Shown one piece after another: positions 18,506 to 27,626 of a DNA stretch of 61,606 nucleotides. The DNA comes from a bacterium (GTDB lineage: Bacteria; Verrucomicrobiota; Lentisphaeria; Oligosphaerales; Oligosphaeraceae): positions 33,629 to 95,234 of the forward strand of contig CAVDSU010000001.1 in NCBI GenBank assembly GCA_963611685.1, given 5' to 3'. The position numbers were made by a program, and so were the translations under genes. Position 1 is the first letter of the stretch; the number at the start of each line of letters is the position of its first letter. The notes below the pieces were generated by a model that was not told the origin of the DNA, ran no database searches, and saw nothing but the letters and a program-made list of their open reading frames with translations.

Positions 18506-19546
18506 ATGAATGAATCCGTCATCAGCGTCGGCATCATCGGCGGCAGTGGCTACTCTGGCGAGGAGCTGTTGCGTCTCCTGTTGCACCATCCCGGCGTGAA
18601 GCTCAGCGCCATCACCAGCCGTGAGAATGCCGGCAAGCGTGTAGGCGAGTTCTTCCCCCGCTATTCCGAGTGCGAATTGCGCTTCATGGCGCCCGACGTC
18701 GAGGAGATTGCGCGGATGTGCCAAGTGGTCTTCCTGGCGTTGCCCAACGGCCTGGCCTCCCAGTATGCCGCGCCGCTGTTGGAGAGGGGCTGCAAGATCA
18801 TCGACCTCTCCGCCGACTTCCGCCTCCGGGATCCCGCCGTCTACGAGAAGTACTACAAGATGGCGCACCCGGCACCGGAGCTGATCAAGAAAGCGGTCTA
18901 CGGCCTCCCCGAGCTCTATCGCGAGGAATTGAAGGGCGCGTCGCTGGTGGCCAATCCCGGTTGCTACGTCACCAGCATCTTGTTGCCGACCACCGCGCTG
19001 TTGAAGGCGGGTGTGGCGTCCCCCGAGGGAATTGTCGCCATGTCCATGTCGGGTGTCACAGGCGCAGGCCGGAAGGTCTCCCTGGACTACATCTTCCCCG
19101 AATGCAACGAGAGCCTTCGTCCTTATGGCGTGACCTCCCATCGGCATCTGCCGGAGATTGAGCAGGAGCTGGCGGTGGCCGCGGGCGTGCCGCAGGTCGT
19201 CATGAACTTCCTGCCGCACCTGGTGCCCGTGAACCGCGGAATCCACTCCTCCATCCTCATGACGCCCACCGCCGGCAAGACCGCAGAGGACGCCCTGGCG
19301 GCACTGCAGGCCGCCTACGGCAAAGAGCCCTTCGTGCGCGTCTTGCCTCCCGGAAAGCTGGCGGACACCAAGCATGTGACCCGCACCAACCTCTGCGAGA
19401 TCGGATGCGTCTACGAACCCCGCACCAACCGTCTCGTCGTCTCCAGCGCCATCGACAACCTGACCAAGGGCGCCAGCGGACAAGCCGTCCAGAACATGAA
19501 TCTCCTCTGCGGCTTCCCCGAGACCATGGGACTGGAAGTCCAATAG
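18506..19546 (+). CDS. argC: N-acetyl-gamma-glutamyl-phosphate reductase
   Basis: AAGGAGG RBS. N-terminal GGSGYSGEELLRLL. Active-site block NPGCYVTS. Confidence 0.9.
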   Translation: MNESVISVGIIGGSGYSGEELLRLLLHHPGVKLSAITSRENAGKRVGEFFPRYSECELRFMAPDVEEIARMCQVVFLALPNGLASQYAAPLLERGCKIIDLSADFRLRDPAVYEKYYKMAHPAPELIKKAVYGLPELYREELKGASLVANPGCYVTSILLPTTALLKAGVASPEGIVAMSMSGVTGAGRKVSLDYIFPECNESLRPYGVTSHRHLPEIEQELAVAAGVPQVVMNFLPHLVPVNRGIHSSILMTPTAGKTAEDALAALQAAYGKEPFVRVLPPGKLADTKHVTRTNLCEIGCVYEPRTNRLVVSSAIDNLTKGASGQAVQNMNLLCGFPETMGLEVQ

Positions 19547-19560
19547 GGCAAATCCCAAGC

Positions 19561-19605
19561 AAAAGGGCCGGGAGGACATGAGATCCTTCCGGCCCTTTTT
19601 GGTTT
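19561..19605. terminator. bidirectional rho-independent terminator between convergent argC and the PHP gene
   Basis: AAAA-GGGCCGGGAGGA-CATGAGA-TCCTTCCGGCCC-TTTTTGGTTTTT. The stem is flanked by an A-tract on one side and a T-tract on the other. Confidence 0.7.
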
Positions 19606-19631
19606 TTACGGACAATTCCCGAAAGCGGCGG

Positions 19632-20963
19632 CTACAGCTCCCAGGTGCCGCGGTGTGCGGCGACGCGGATGCGCTCCAGATTCTTCTCCGGCTCGTTGTC
19701 TGCCAACTCCCGGCGGACGGCAGCGGGAGGCACGGGGAGCGCGCCCACGGAGGCAAAGAAGTCATTCCGGTCGTTGACATTGGGGAATTCCTCCTTGGCG
19801 CGTGCGTCGGTGTAGGAGACATCGGCGTAGCGCAGCAGCGTGGTGTGTCCGAAGAGCACATTGGCGCCGTGCAGGAAGCTCATGCGGAGGGGCTTCATGG
19901 CCTCGGCCTCGAAATCATCCACCTTGCGCTGTCCGGGCTTGTTGCACTCCGTGCCGACAATGATGGGCATTCCCAGCTCATTGGCGACGGCGACGTATTC
20001 GTTGAGGGCCTTCACCCGCACCGCCTGCTTCTCGGGGTCCTTGAAGTTCCAGTTGCGGTCGGGAATGATGTTCACCATCTCCACACCCTTGGACTTCAGG
20101 CACTCCAGCTGCTCGCGAGGATTGGCCTCGCCGGGCAGAGAGCCATCCAGCCAGGCGCTGCAGGGAATCGCGCGGCAGGACCGAATGAGGGAGATGACCT
20201 GTTCCAGAGGCGGGAAGGTCTCCTCGGTGGGCTGCACATATCCCAGACCGCCACGCTTCATGAGCTTGCCACGCAGATACTCATTCATGGCATTGGGGCT
20301 CTTAGCAGCCAACTCCGCCTCGTCCTCCTGGAAGACCTCCGCCCAGAAGCGGACGGCCGCCTCCACAGAACCATGGTGGCGAATGGGGAGGTCGTAGTAT
20401 CCACGGACGATATGGCGCTCCGTAGCGTTCTTCTCGGGAGTGAGGGGCAGCACGTGGTCCTCGTAGGAGAGGTGGCAGCATTCGGGCAACGCTTGGTTGA
20501 TGCGCTTGATCAGCGCGCGGTTGCGGCTATGGGACTGTTCCAGCTGCTCCTCAAAGGCATCGGAGTTGGAGCCGTCCACGAAGCCCGTGCCCATGAAGTA
20601 GAAGACGCCGGGCTCGCCGGGGGAATTGATCTCCTTGTCGGCGTATTCCGAGAAGAAGACGCGGCTCTCGAAGGATGCGGCCACCCGCAGCCCCAGCAGA
20701 TCGCCTGCGGCCATGAACTCCTCTACGCCCTGGATCACATCAAAATCGCACAGCGCGGCGCCGTAGAGGCCCATTCTGCGCATCTCATAAGCAATGCGGC
20801 TGGGAGACCACCCCTCTCCGTTGTAGGAGTAGAAGGAGTGGACGTGCATATTCATCGCCCGGGAACAAGGGAGGAATTCCGTAGAGGCGGCGAGAGTCTG
20901 AAGGGCCGCTACGCGTTTCCAGGGGTTGAAGGAAGAAAGCTGTTCAATCAGTTTGGATTCCAT
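19632..20963 (-). CDS. PHP (polymerase/histidinol-phosphatase) domain metal-dependent phosphoesterase-like protein
   Basis: Track ORF 19632..20993. ATG 20963 (MESKLIEQ...) or 20993 are both possible. N-terminal H-x-H motif (NMHVHSFYSYNG) and later His/Asp-containing blocks are consistent with a split PHP barrel. At ~443 aa it is larger than minimal PHP proteins. Confidence 0.7.
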   Translation of the reverse strand: MESKLIEQLSSFNPWKRVAALQTLAASTEFLPCSRAMNMHVHSFYSYNGEGWSPSRIAYEMRRMGLYGAALCDFDVIQGVEEFMAAGDLLGLRVAASFESRVFFSEYADKEINSPGEPGVFYFMGTGFVDGSNSDAFEEQLEQSHSRNRALIKRINQALPECCHLSYEDHVLPLTPEKNATERHIVRGYYDLPIRHHGSVEAAVRFWAEVFQEDEAELAAKSPNAMNEYLRGKLMKRGGLGYVQPTEETFPPLEQVISLIRSCRAIPCSAWLDGSLPGEANPREQLECLKSKGVEMVNIIPDRNWNFKDPEKQAVRVKALNEYVAVANELGMPIIVGTECNKPGQRKVDDFEAEAMKPLRMSFLHGANVLFGHTTLLRYADVSYTDARAKEEFPNVNDRNDFFASVGALPVPPAAVRRELADNEPEKNLERIRVAAHRGTWEL

Positions 20964-21259
20964 AAAGCAGGAGGAGAGCACAATAGAAGGCACGGGGACA
21001 CTTCGGAACGAGACGAGGAAGCGAGAGGTCCTGATACAGCAAACTCACATAGGATCCGGTCGTTTCCCCCAATACGAAACGCCAATAATTTACCCCAGCA
21101 CACCACCCTGCGCCATGACAAAAACAGCCTCAAGAGGGCTTATTTTGAAAAATTTTCGCCAGCGAATTATGTAAATTCGTGACAACAAACGAGATATTAT
21201 AACAATTCGAGACACCCTGCGACACTTTTCCGCCCCTTAAAAATCCCCTGTCTTTCCCC

Positions 21260-21304
21260 AAAACAAAGGGGGCGGAGGGGGGCAATTTGGTGCCCTTCTC
21301 CGCC
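21260..21304 (-). terminator. rho-independent terminator after pyrD
   Basis: Minus strand: GGCGGAG..GGGCA-N6-TGCCC..CTCCGCC followed by CCCCCTTTGTTTT, about 35 nt after the pyrD stop. Confidence 0.5.
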
Positions 21305-21338
21305 CGGGATGCGCTGGATTGTGTGGTGCTGTTTTTTT

Positions 21339-22262
21339 TCAGCGCTGGAGGGTCCCGATGAGATCCGAGACCCTCGCGACATTGTGGGCATCCAGCCACT
21401 GGTTCATTTCCTCAGGGATTGTGAGGAGGCATTTGGGGTTGGTGAAGATGGCGGTTCCCACGCCCACGGCGGTGGCTCCCGCCATCATGAATTCCAGGGC
21501 GTCCTTGCCATTGCCAACGCCTCCCATGCCGATGATCGGCGTATTGGGGACGGCCTGGTGCGCCTCATAGACCTTCAGCAGCGCCACGGGCTTCAGGGCG
21601 GGTCCGGAGAATCCTCCCGTAAAGTTCGCTAGCCTGCTGTGGCGCGTCTCCAGATCGATGGCGAGTCCGGTGAGGGTATTGATGAGGGAGACCATATCGC
21701 TGCCCGCATCCACCACGGCCTTCGCGAACTCCCCGATGCGGGTGACGTTCGGCGAGAGCTTCGTGATCACGGGGAGGCTCGTGGCCTTTCGGACGGCAGA
21801 GACCACCTTCGCCGCCTGCACGGGATCCGTGCCGAAGGCGATGCCGCCGGCTTTCACGTTGGGGCAGGAGATATTCACCTCCAAGGCGGCAATGCCCTCC
21901 TTTTCCGCCTCCAGGCGGGCGGCCACCTCGCCGTACTGTTCGATGGTGCGTCCCCAGATATTCACGAAGATGGGGCAATCCAGGGTGCGCAGCCGCGGCA
22001 GGTAGTGTGGATCGTGAATGAACTTCTCGATGCCGGGGTTCTCCAAGCCGATGGCATTGAGAATGCCGCCATAGACCTCCGTGGTGCGGGGCATGGGATT
22101 TCCGGGGTTTTCGAAAGGAGAGACGCCCTTCACCGTGATGGCGCCCTGCCGTTCGGGGGGCACCAGGGCGGCGTATTCCTCGCCGTAACCGAAGGTTCCG
22201 GAGGCGGTGACAATGGGATTCCGCAGGGAGATCCCGCCTAGATTCACAGAGAGGTCGGCCAT
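21339..22262 (-). CDS. pyrD: dihydroorotate dehydrogenase, class 1 (catalytic subunit)
   Basis: Track ORF to 22301. ATG 22262 (MADLSVNLGGISLRNPIVTASGTFGYG) is preferred. Catalytic-Cys block NISCPNVKAGG. FMN-binding GMGGVGNGKDALEFMMAGATAVGVGTA. No adjacent pyrK. Confidence 0.85.
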   Translation of the reverse strand: MADLSVNLGGISLRNPIVTASGTFGYGEEYAALVPPERQGAITVKGVSPFENPGNPMPRTTEVYGGILNAIGLENPGIEKFIHDPHYLPRLRTLDCPIFVNIWGRTIEQYGEVAARLEAEKEGIAALEVNISCPNVKAGGIAFGTDPVQAAKVVSAVRKATSLPVITKLSPNVTRIGEFAKAVVDAGSDMVSLINTLTGLAIDLETRHSRLANFTGGFSGPALKPVALLKVYEAHQAVPNTPIIGMGGVGNGKDALEFMMAGATAVGVGTAIFTNPKCLLTIPEEMNQWLDAHNVARVSDLIGTLQR

Positions 22263-22316
22263 GGCATCAAGCGATTTGAGGGAGAAGAAGAGCGGGCGCA
22301 TTCGCCCGGAGATTGT

Positions 22317-22985
22317 TTAGAGGGGCTTTTCCAGCTCCACGGCGGGATTCATGAGGGCGGCGGCATGGCAGATCGCCAGCGCCAGGGCGTCCGTGGAGTC
22401 GTTGGCCAAGTTATCCACCTGGATCTTCAGGAATTTGGAGACCATGAGCGCCACCTGCTCCTTGGTGGAGTCGCCACGGCCCGCCACAGTCTGCTTCACG
22501 CGACGGGGCGCGTATTCGTAGACGGGCAGCTGCGCCTCCGCCAATACGCCCAGGACGGCGCCGCGGGCGGTTCCCAGGACGATGGCGGTGCGGGCATTCC
22601 GGCAATAGAAGCCGCCCTCAATGGCCACGGCGTCGGGAGAATAGCGCTCGATGAGCCCCTTAATGGCATTGTTGAGGTGGCGCATGCAGTCCGTGATGGA
22701 TGCCTTGGGGGGATTCACGATCACGCCGCAATCCACCGCAGACCACTTCTTTCCCTGGACATCGACAATTCCCCAGCCCGTCTTGCGCAGGGCGGTATCC
22801 ATTCCCAGGATGCGCACCCGTTCGACCACGCCGCGAGAATCCACGACCTGGGGCCGTGCGTGCGTGCGCGGCAAATTGAGGACCTTCCAGCCCGTCTTGC
22901 CAGAGGAATCGGGAGTCTCCCCCCGCTTCCGTGCCTCCGAGGCCGCCAGGAGCGCCTGGAGCTTATCGTCGTTTTTCACCCCCAT
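22317..22985 (-). CDS. ruvC: crossover junction endodeoxyribonuclease RuvC
   Basis: Core VRILGMDTALRKTGWG...AIEGGF...DSTDALALAICH. The 56-aa N-terminal extension of the track ORF may be spurious; the alternative GTG start at 22817 would give a canonical RuvC N-terminus. Confidence 0.85.
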   Translation of the reverse strand: MGVKNDDKLQALLAASEARKRGETPDSSGKTGWKVLNLPRTHARPQVVDSRGVVERVRILGMDTALRKTGWGIVDVQGKKWSAVDCGVIVNPPKASITDCMRHLNNAIKGLIERYSPDAVAIEGGFYCRNARTAIVLGTARGAVLGVLAEAQLPVYEYAPRRVKQTVAGRGDSTKEQVALMVSKFLKIQVDNLANDSTDALALAICHAAALMNPAVELEKPL

Positions 22986-23040
22986 GGCGGGAAAGCAAAA
23001 AGTTCCCCCGGAAGGAAATCCGGGGGAACGAGAGAGCGTG

Positions 23041-24255
23041 CTACTTCTTGAGGTTGAGACCGGCGAGCTTCTTGTTGAGCTCCTCGCGGGCCTTGGCGTC
23101 CTCTTCGTCGCGGGCTGCCTTCTGAGCGGCGGCCTCCTCGGCGGCGGTGGGCTCCGACTGACCCTTCAGGCCCTCCAGCGCCTTCTGCTTCTCGGCGTCC
23201 TTCGCCTCCTTGGCAGCGCGCAACTGCGCCTCCGCCTTGGCGGCCTCCGCCTTCCGGGCATCGGCCTCGCGGTCGCCCTGCAGGGACTTGAGGAGATCGG
23301 CGCCCGAGGGGGCCTCGGCACCGCCCTGCAGATACTCGGGCATGGCGCCGGGGGCGTGCGCGCCTGCGGTAGAGACATTCTGCTCGGTGGCCTTTCGGAC
23401 GACCTCCAGGAAGAAGTCCTCCAAATCCCGTCCCGGATTGTCCACCTTCACGCGATCCAGATCCTTGATGCCGTGGGCGGCAAAGAACTGCCGCAACTCG
23501 TCGACGGTCTCGGAGGAGAGCTTGGGAGTGACGATTTGGGTCTTGTCCTCTTCGCGGAGGATGTCATCCAGCAGGCCCTCCGCGCGGATCTGTCCACCAT
23601 AGAGGACCACCACGCGCTCGCAGACATCCTGGACATCGGCCAGCAGGTGGCTGCAGAGGATGACGGTCTTTCCGCGGCTGGCCAACAGGCGGATCACGTC
23701 CTTGACCTCGCGGCAGCCGATGGGATCCAGACCGCTGGTGGGCTCATCGAGGATGACCAGATCGGGGTCGTTGACCAGTGCCTGAGCCAGGCCGATGCGT
23801 CGTGCCATTCCCTTGGAGAACTCGCCCACGGGGCGATCGACGGCGTGTGCCAGTCCGACCATCTCCAGGAGCTGTCCGGAGCGTTCTTTGCGCTGCTGGG
23901 CATCCAGTCCGAAGAGTGCGCCATAGAAATCGAGGGTTTCGGCGGCGGTGAGGTACTTGTAGAGGTAGGTCTCCTCGGGGAGGTATCCGATGCGGCTCTT
24001 GATGGCCACATTCTGGGGATCCTGCCCAAAGACCCGCAGCTCGCCGCGCGTGGGGTAGAGGAGTCCCAAAATCATCTTGATGGTGGTGGACTTGCCGGAG
24101 CCGTTGGGGCCCAGCAGACCGAATACCTCGCCCTTCCGGATCTGCAAGTTCAGGCCATTGACGGCACGCGCCTTCGGACGATTCCAGAAATCCTTGAAGA
24201 TCTTGGTCAGGCCGACGGCCTCTACCACCATTTCTTCTTTCTTCTCTTCAGCCAT
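23041..24255 (-). CDS. ABC transporter ATP-binding protein (ABC-2/NatA-like) with ~100-aa charged Ala/Lys/Glu tail
   Basis: Walker A GPNGSGKST, signature SKGMARR, Walker B LVILDEPTSGLD. C-terminal READARKAEAAKAEAQLRAAKEAKDAEKQK...EELNKKLAGLNLKK. No permease gene is adjacent. Confidence 0.85.
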   Translation of the reverse strand: MAEEKKEEMVVEAVGLTKIFKDFWNRPKARAVNGLNLQIRKGEVFGLLGPNGSGKSTTIKMILGLLYPTRGELRVFGQDPQNVAIKSRIGYLPEETYLYKYLTAAETLDFYGALFGLDAQQRKERSGQLLEMVGLAHAVDRPVGEFSKGMARRIGLAQALVNDPDLVILDEPTSGLDPIGCREVKDVIRLLASRGKTVILCSHLLADVQDVCERVVVLYGGQIRAEGLLDDILREEDKTQIVTPKLSSETVDELRQFFAAHGIKDLDRVKVDNPGRDLEDFFLEVVRKATEQNVSTAGAHAPGAMPEYLQGGAEAPSGADLLKSLQGDREADARKAEAAKAEAQLRAAKEAKDAEKQKALEGLKGQSEPTAAEEAAAQKAARDEEDAKAREELNKKLAGLNLKK

Positions 24256-24308
24256 GGTTGGTTCTTCCTGTGTAAGGTATGATCAAAAGGGGGGTGGGGA
24301 TTCTCTTT

Positions 24309-26282
24309 TCAAGATTGGGCATCCAATGCCTCGGCAGTCTCCGCGGCGGAATTCAGGTTTTCGCCAGAGCGCACGAGACGCGCGCTATTGAAGATCACCA
24401 GAAGACTGGAGACCGTATGGATCAAGGCGGCGCCGATGGGTCCCAGGTCGCCGGAGATGGCGAAGTAGACGCCGACGATGATGAAGGTCAGTCCCACTGC
24501 CAAATTCTGTCCCATGAGGACGCGGGTCTGGCGTGCCAGTCCGATGAAGAAGGGGATTCGGCGCAAGTCGTTGTTCATGAGGGCCACGGAGGCGGACTGG
24601 ACGGCGATGTCGCTGCCGAAGGCGCCCATGGCCATGCCGATATCGCCGGCGGCCAGAGCAGGCGCGTCATTGACGCCATCGCCCACCACGGCGACTACGT
24701 TGCCGGCCTTCTTCATCTCGGCCACGACCTTCGCTTTCTCTTCCGGGAGGCATCCGGCGTAGACCTCGGTGATGCCAATCTTGCGGGCCACCACGTCGGC
24801 CACCTGCTGGTTGTCGCCAGTGACCATGCAGCAGTGCTCCACGCCCATCTCCTTCAGGTCGGCGACGGCCTCGGCAGAGACGGAGCGGATGGCGTCCTGT
24901 AGGCCGACCCAACCGAGGGCCTTTCCCTCACAGGCAACGCAGACAATGGACATGCCCTCCTTGGCGACGCTCTGGCGGCTCTCCTCCAGCGCGGCCACAT
25001 CGACGCCGACCTCGGCCAGCCACGTGGAGCGGCCCACATAGCACTGCTGGCCGTCCACGACGGCAGAGACGCCCTTGCCGGCCACCTCTTCGTACTTCTC
25101 GGGGACCACCACATCAATGCCCACCTTGGCGGCCAGCTTCTTGATGGCGACGGCGGTGGGGTGGTTGGAGTGGTGCTCCACAGAGACGGCGATCTGGACC
25201 AGCTGCGCCAAGTCCACATCCTGGACGGGCTCCAGGCGAGAGACCTCCAGATTGCCCTCGGTGAGGGTGCCCGTCTTGTCGAAAATGATCGCCTTGATGC
25301 GTGCCACCAGCTCGATCTGGGAGACGTCCTTGATCAGGATTCCCAGACGGGAGGCGGCGGAGATTGCCGCGATCACGGCGGAGGGATGCGCCAGCACCAG
25401 AGCGGCGGGCACCGCCATGACCAGCACGGCGATGACGCGGCTCATGTCGCGGGTCACGAACCAGGTCAGACCCGCGATCATGAGGACCACGGGGGTGTAG
25501 TAGCCGATATACTGGTCGATCATCCGCTGGATGGGCATCTTGGACTGCTCGGCGTCCGCAATGAGATTGCGGACCTTTCCGAGGGTGGTGTCCGTGCCCT
25601 TTCGGGTGACCTTGAAGTCCACCAGGCCGGTCAAGTTCAGCGTTCCGGCGTAGACCTCGTCGCCCACGCCCTTGTCCGTGGGGAGGGACTCACCCGTGAT
25701 GGAGGCCTGGTTGACCGTGGAGATGCCCTGGATGATCTTTCCGTCAGCAGGGAAGTTCTCGCCGGGACGCACACGGCAGACGTCCCCGAGCTGGAGATCC
25801 TGAATGGCGTCGCACTTCTCCTCGGTGCCATCCGCCCGGATGCGTCGTGCCGTGCGGGGGGTCATCCTGACCACGGCCTCGATGGCGGCCTCCGCGCCGA
25901 TGGCGGTGCGCTTCTCGATGGTGATGGAGATGAGCATGAAGAAGGCCACTGCGCCGGCAGTGCGGTAGTTGGTGGGTCCGGAGGCGAAGGCGCCCAGCAG
26001 CGCCAGCGCCACCAGCTCATTCATGCCCACCACGCCCCGGAAGAGGTCGCGGGCGGCCTCCCAGAAGATGGGCACAGAGAGGATCACTGCGCCGATCAAG
26101 GCGAAGAGATCCATGGTGAACTGGTCGATTCTGCCGCCGAAGAGGAGTCCCGCCAGATAGGAATCCAGCACCAGGATGCCGCCGAAGAGCGCGGCGCCGA
26201 GACGCCCCATATCCGAGCGGGTCACCCGGGTAACCGAGGTGCGCTTCGGAGCGTTGCTATTTTGAGAAATGGGTTCTTCCAT
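24309..26282 (-). CDS. P1B-like P-type ATPase lacking an N-terminal metal-binding domain and lacking the (C/S)PC motif
   Basis: Motifs TGES, DKTGTLT, SNHP (the P1B HP motif) and GDGVNDAPAL. The transmembrane motif position reads MAVPAALVLAHPSA, with V-P-A at 25404-25412. Confidence 0.85.
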   Translation of the reverse strand: MEEPISQNSNAPKRTSVTRVTRSDMGRLGAALFGGILVLDSYLAGLLFGGRIDQFTMDLFALIGAVILSVPIFWEAARDLFRGVVGMNELVALALLGAFASGPTNYRTAGAVAFFMLISITIEKRTAIGAEAAIEAVVRMTPRTARRIRADGTEEKCDAIQDLQLGDVCRVRPGENFPADGKIIQGISTVNQASITGESLPTDKGVGDEVYAGTLNLTGLVDFKVTRKGTDTTLGKVRNLIADAEQSKMPIQRMIDQYIGYYTPVVLMIAGLTWFVTRDMSRVIAVLVMAVPAALVLAHPSAVIAAISAASRLGILIKDVSQIELVARIKAIIFDKTGTLTEGNLEVSRLEPVQDVDLAQLVQIAVSVEHHSNHPTAVAIKKLAAKVGIDVVVPEKYEEVAGKGVSAVVDGQQCYVGRSTWLAEVGVDVAALEESRQSVAKEGMSIVCVACEGKALGWVGLQDAIRSVSAEAVADLKEMGVEHCCMVTGDNQQVADVVARKIGITEVYAGCLPEEKAKVVAEMKKAGNVVAVVGDGVNDAPALAAGDIGMAMGAFGSDIAVQSASVALMNNDLRRIPFFIGLARQTRVLMGQNLAVGLTFIIVGVYFAISGDLGPIGAALIHTVSSLLVIFNSARLVRSGENLNSAAETAEALDAQS

Positions 26283-26348
26283 GAAAGCCTTGTTTGGTTC
26301 GAATGAAGGGGTAAGGATCCGATTCCTTTCCAGGCCGGCCCTCCGGCG

Positions 26349-27608
26349 CTACTGCGCGGAAGCAGCGGGCGTCTCGCTGGCGCCCTGCGGAGTGGCGGAG
26401 GATTCCTGGAGCGCGGCATCTTCGCGGGGCGCCTCGTCGGGAATCTGGGAGATCTGGAGGCGCAGCTCCTGATGGGCTCCCTCCGGCGTCTGATGCAGGA
26501 TGTACTTGTTGGGCACCTTCTGCAGCATGTCGCGAATGGCATTGGCGTAGAGCACGGTGAGGGTAGAACGGGGGTTCTTGGCGTACTCTGCCTGGATCGA
26601 AGAGAAGTACTGCGCCTGCGCAGTGAGGTCGCTGACCACGGTCTCCTGATAGGCGCGGGCCTCATTCACCAGACGGTCGCAGGAGGCGCTGGCCTGTGCC
26701 TGCACCTGATTGGCGTAGGTCTGGGCATTCTGGATCTGCACCTGGCGATTCCGTTCGCTGGCATTGACCTGGTTGAAGGCCTGGAGGGCGGCGGCGGGGG
26801 GCTGGTAGATTCCCACCAGATTCACGCTCTGCAGCTGGATGCCCAGGCCTATCTTCTCCACCATGCGCTCCATGCGGGCGCGGACACGGTCCTCCAGACG
26901 GATCGTGGAGGCGGCGCCCTCCTCGCTGGTCACCGTGCGGCTCGCGCGAATGAGCTCCTCGGTATTCCAGGAGGCGGTCTCGGAGAGCACCGCGTCGGAG
27001 AGGAGATTCCGGATGATGAGCTCATGGCCGCGGAGGCGCTCCTGGCGCTTCACCTGCTCGGAAGAGGGCAACACGGAGCTGGAGGGCGTCTTGGTGTCGT
27101 CATAGAAGTTCAGGTAGTAGCTGGCGGGATCCTCTACGCGGTAGGAGACCGACCACTCCGCGTGGAAGATATGCATGTCGCCGGAGACCAGATAGCCGTC
27201 AACGCCGTTGCGCAGCTCGCGCCCCGTGGAGGAATTCACCACGCCGGCGGGATTGATCCAGGCCTTGAAGGTGTTTCCCGTGGAGACGGAGATGGACTTG
27301 TTGGCAGGGACCATGATGACCTCGTCCACCGGATACGGGAAGGACCAATACCACTTTCCGCTCTGGAGGATCGGAGAGACCCCGGAGTCGGTGTCGTGCT
27401 TCTGAAGCACGCCGAAGCGCAACTGCATGGCCTCGAACTGCTCGTCCACGCGGAAGATTCCGCTGAACACGAAGTAGTAGAGGAAGACGCCGACAATCAG
27501 CGTAAGGAAGCAGAAGAAGAGGATGCGCAGCATCCTCATGAGGCTTGCCATGCCGGACGCCTGGGGCTCCGATGCCGGCCTCTGGGAGTGGATATTCTCT
27601 GGTGCCAT
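26349..27608 (-). CDS. SPFH/band-7 protein, HflK-like
   Basis: One N-terminal TM (ILFFCFLTLIVGVFLYYFVF). SPFH domain with a long insert. HflK-type C-terminal helical region (PPAAALQAFNQVNASERNRQVQIQNAQTYANQV...ARAYQETVV). Confidence 0.8.
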   Translation of the reverse strand: MAPENIHSQRPASEPQASGMASLMRMLRILFFCFLTLIVGVFLYYFVFSGIFRVDEQFEAMQLRFGVLQKHDTDSGVSPILQSGKWYWSFPYPVDEVIMVPANKSISVSTGNTFKAWINPAGVVNSSTGRELRNGVDGYLVSGDMHIFHAEWSVSYRVEDPASYYLNFYDDTKTPSSSVLPSSEQVKRQERLRGHELIIRNLLSDAVLSETASWNTEELIRASRTVTSEEGAASTIRLEDRVRARMERMVEKIGLGIQLQSVNLVGIYQPPAAALQAFNQVNASERNRQVQIQNAQTYANQVQAQASASCDRLVNEARAYQETVVSDLTAQAQYFSSIQAEYAKNPRSTLTVLYANAIRDMLQKVPNKYILHQTPEGAHQELRLQISQIPDEAPREDAALQESSATPQGASETPAASAQ

Positions 27609-27626
27609 GTTCTTCGTCTCCGTGGG

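Noticed and set aside
19547-19631. Convergence point of the plus and minus gene blocks as a possible replication terminus/dif site
   Set aside because: I saw no XerCD dif-like 28-mer. The spacer is fully explained by a bidirectional terminator. A strand switch alone is not evidence for a terminus.
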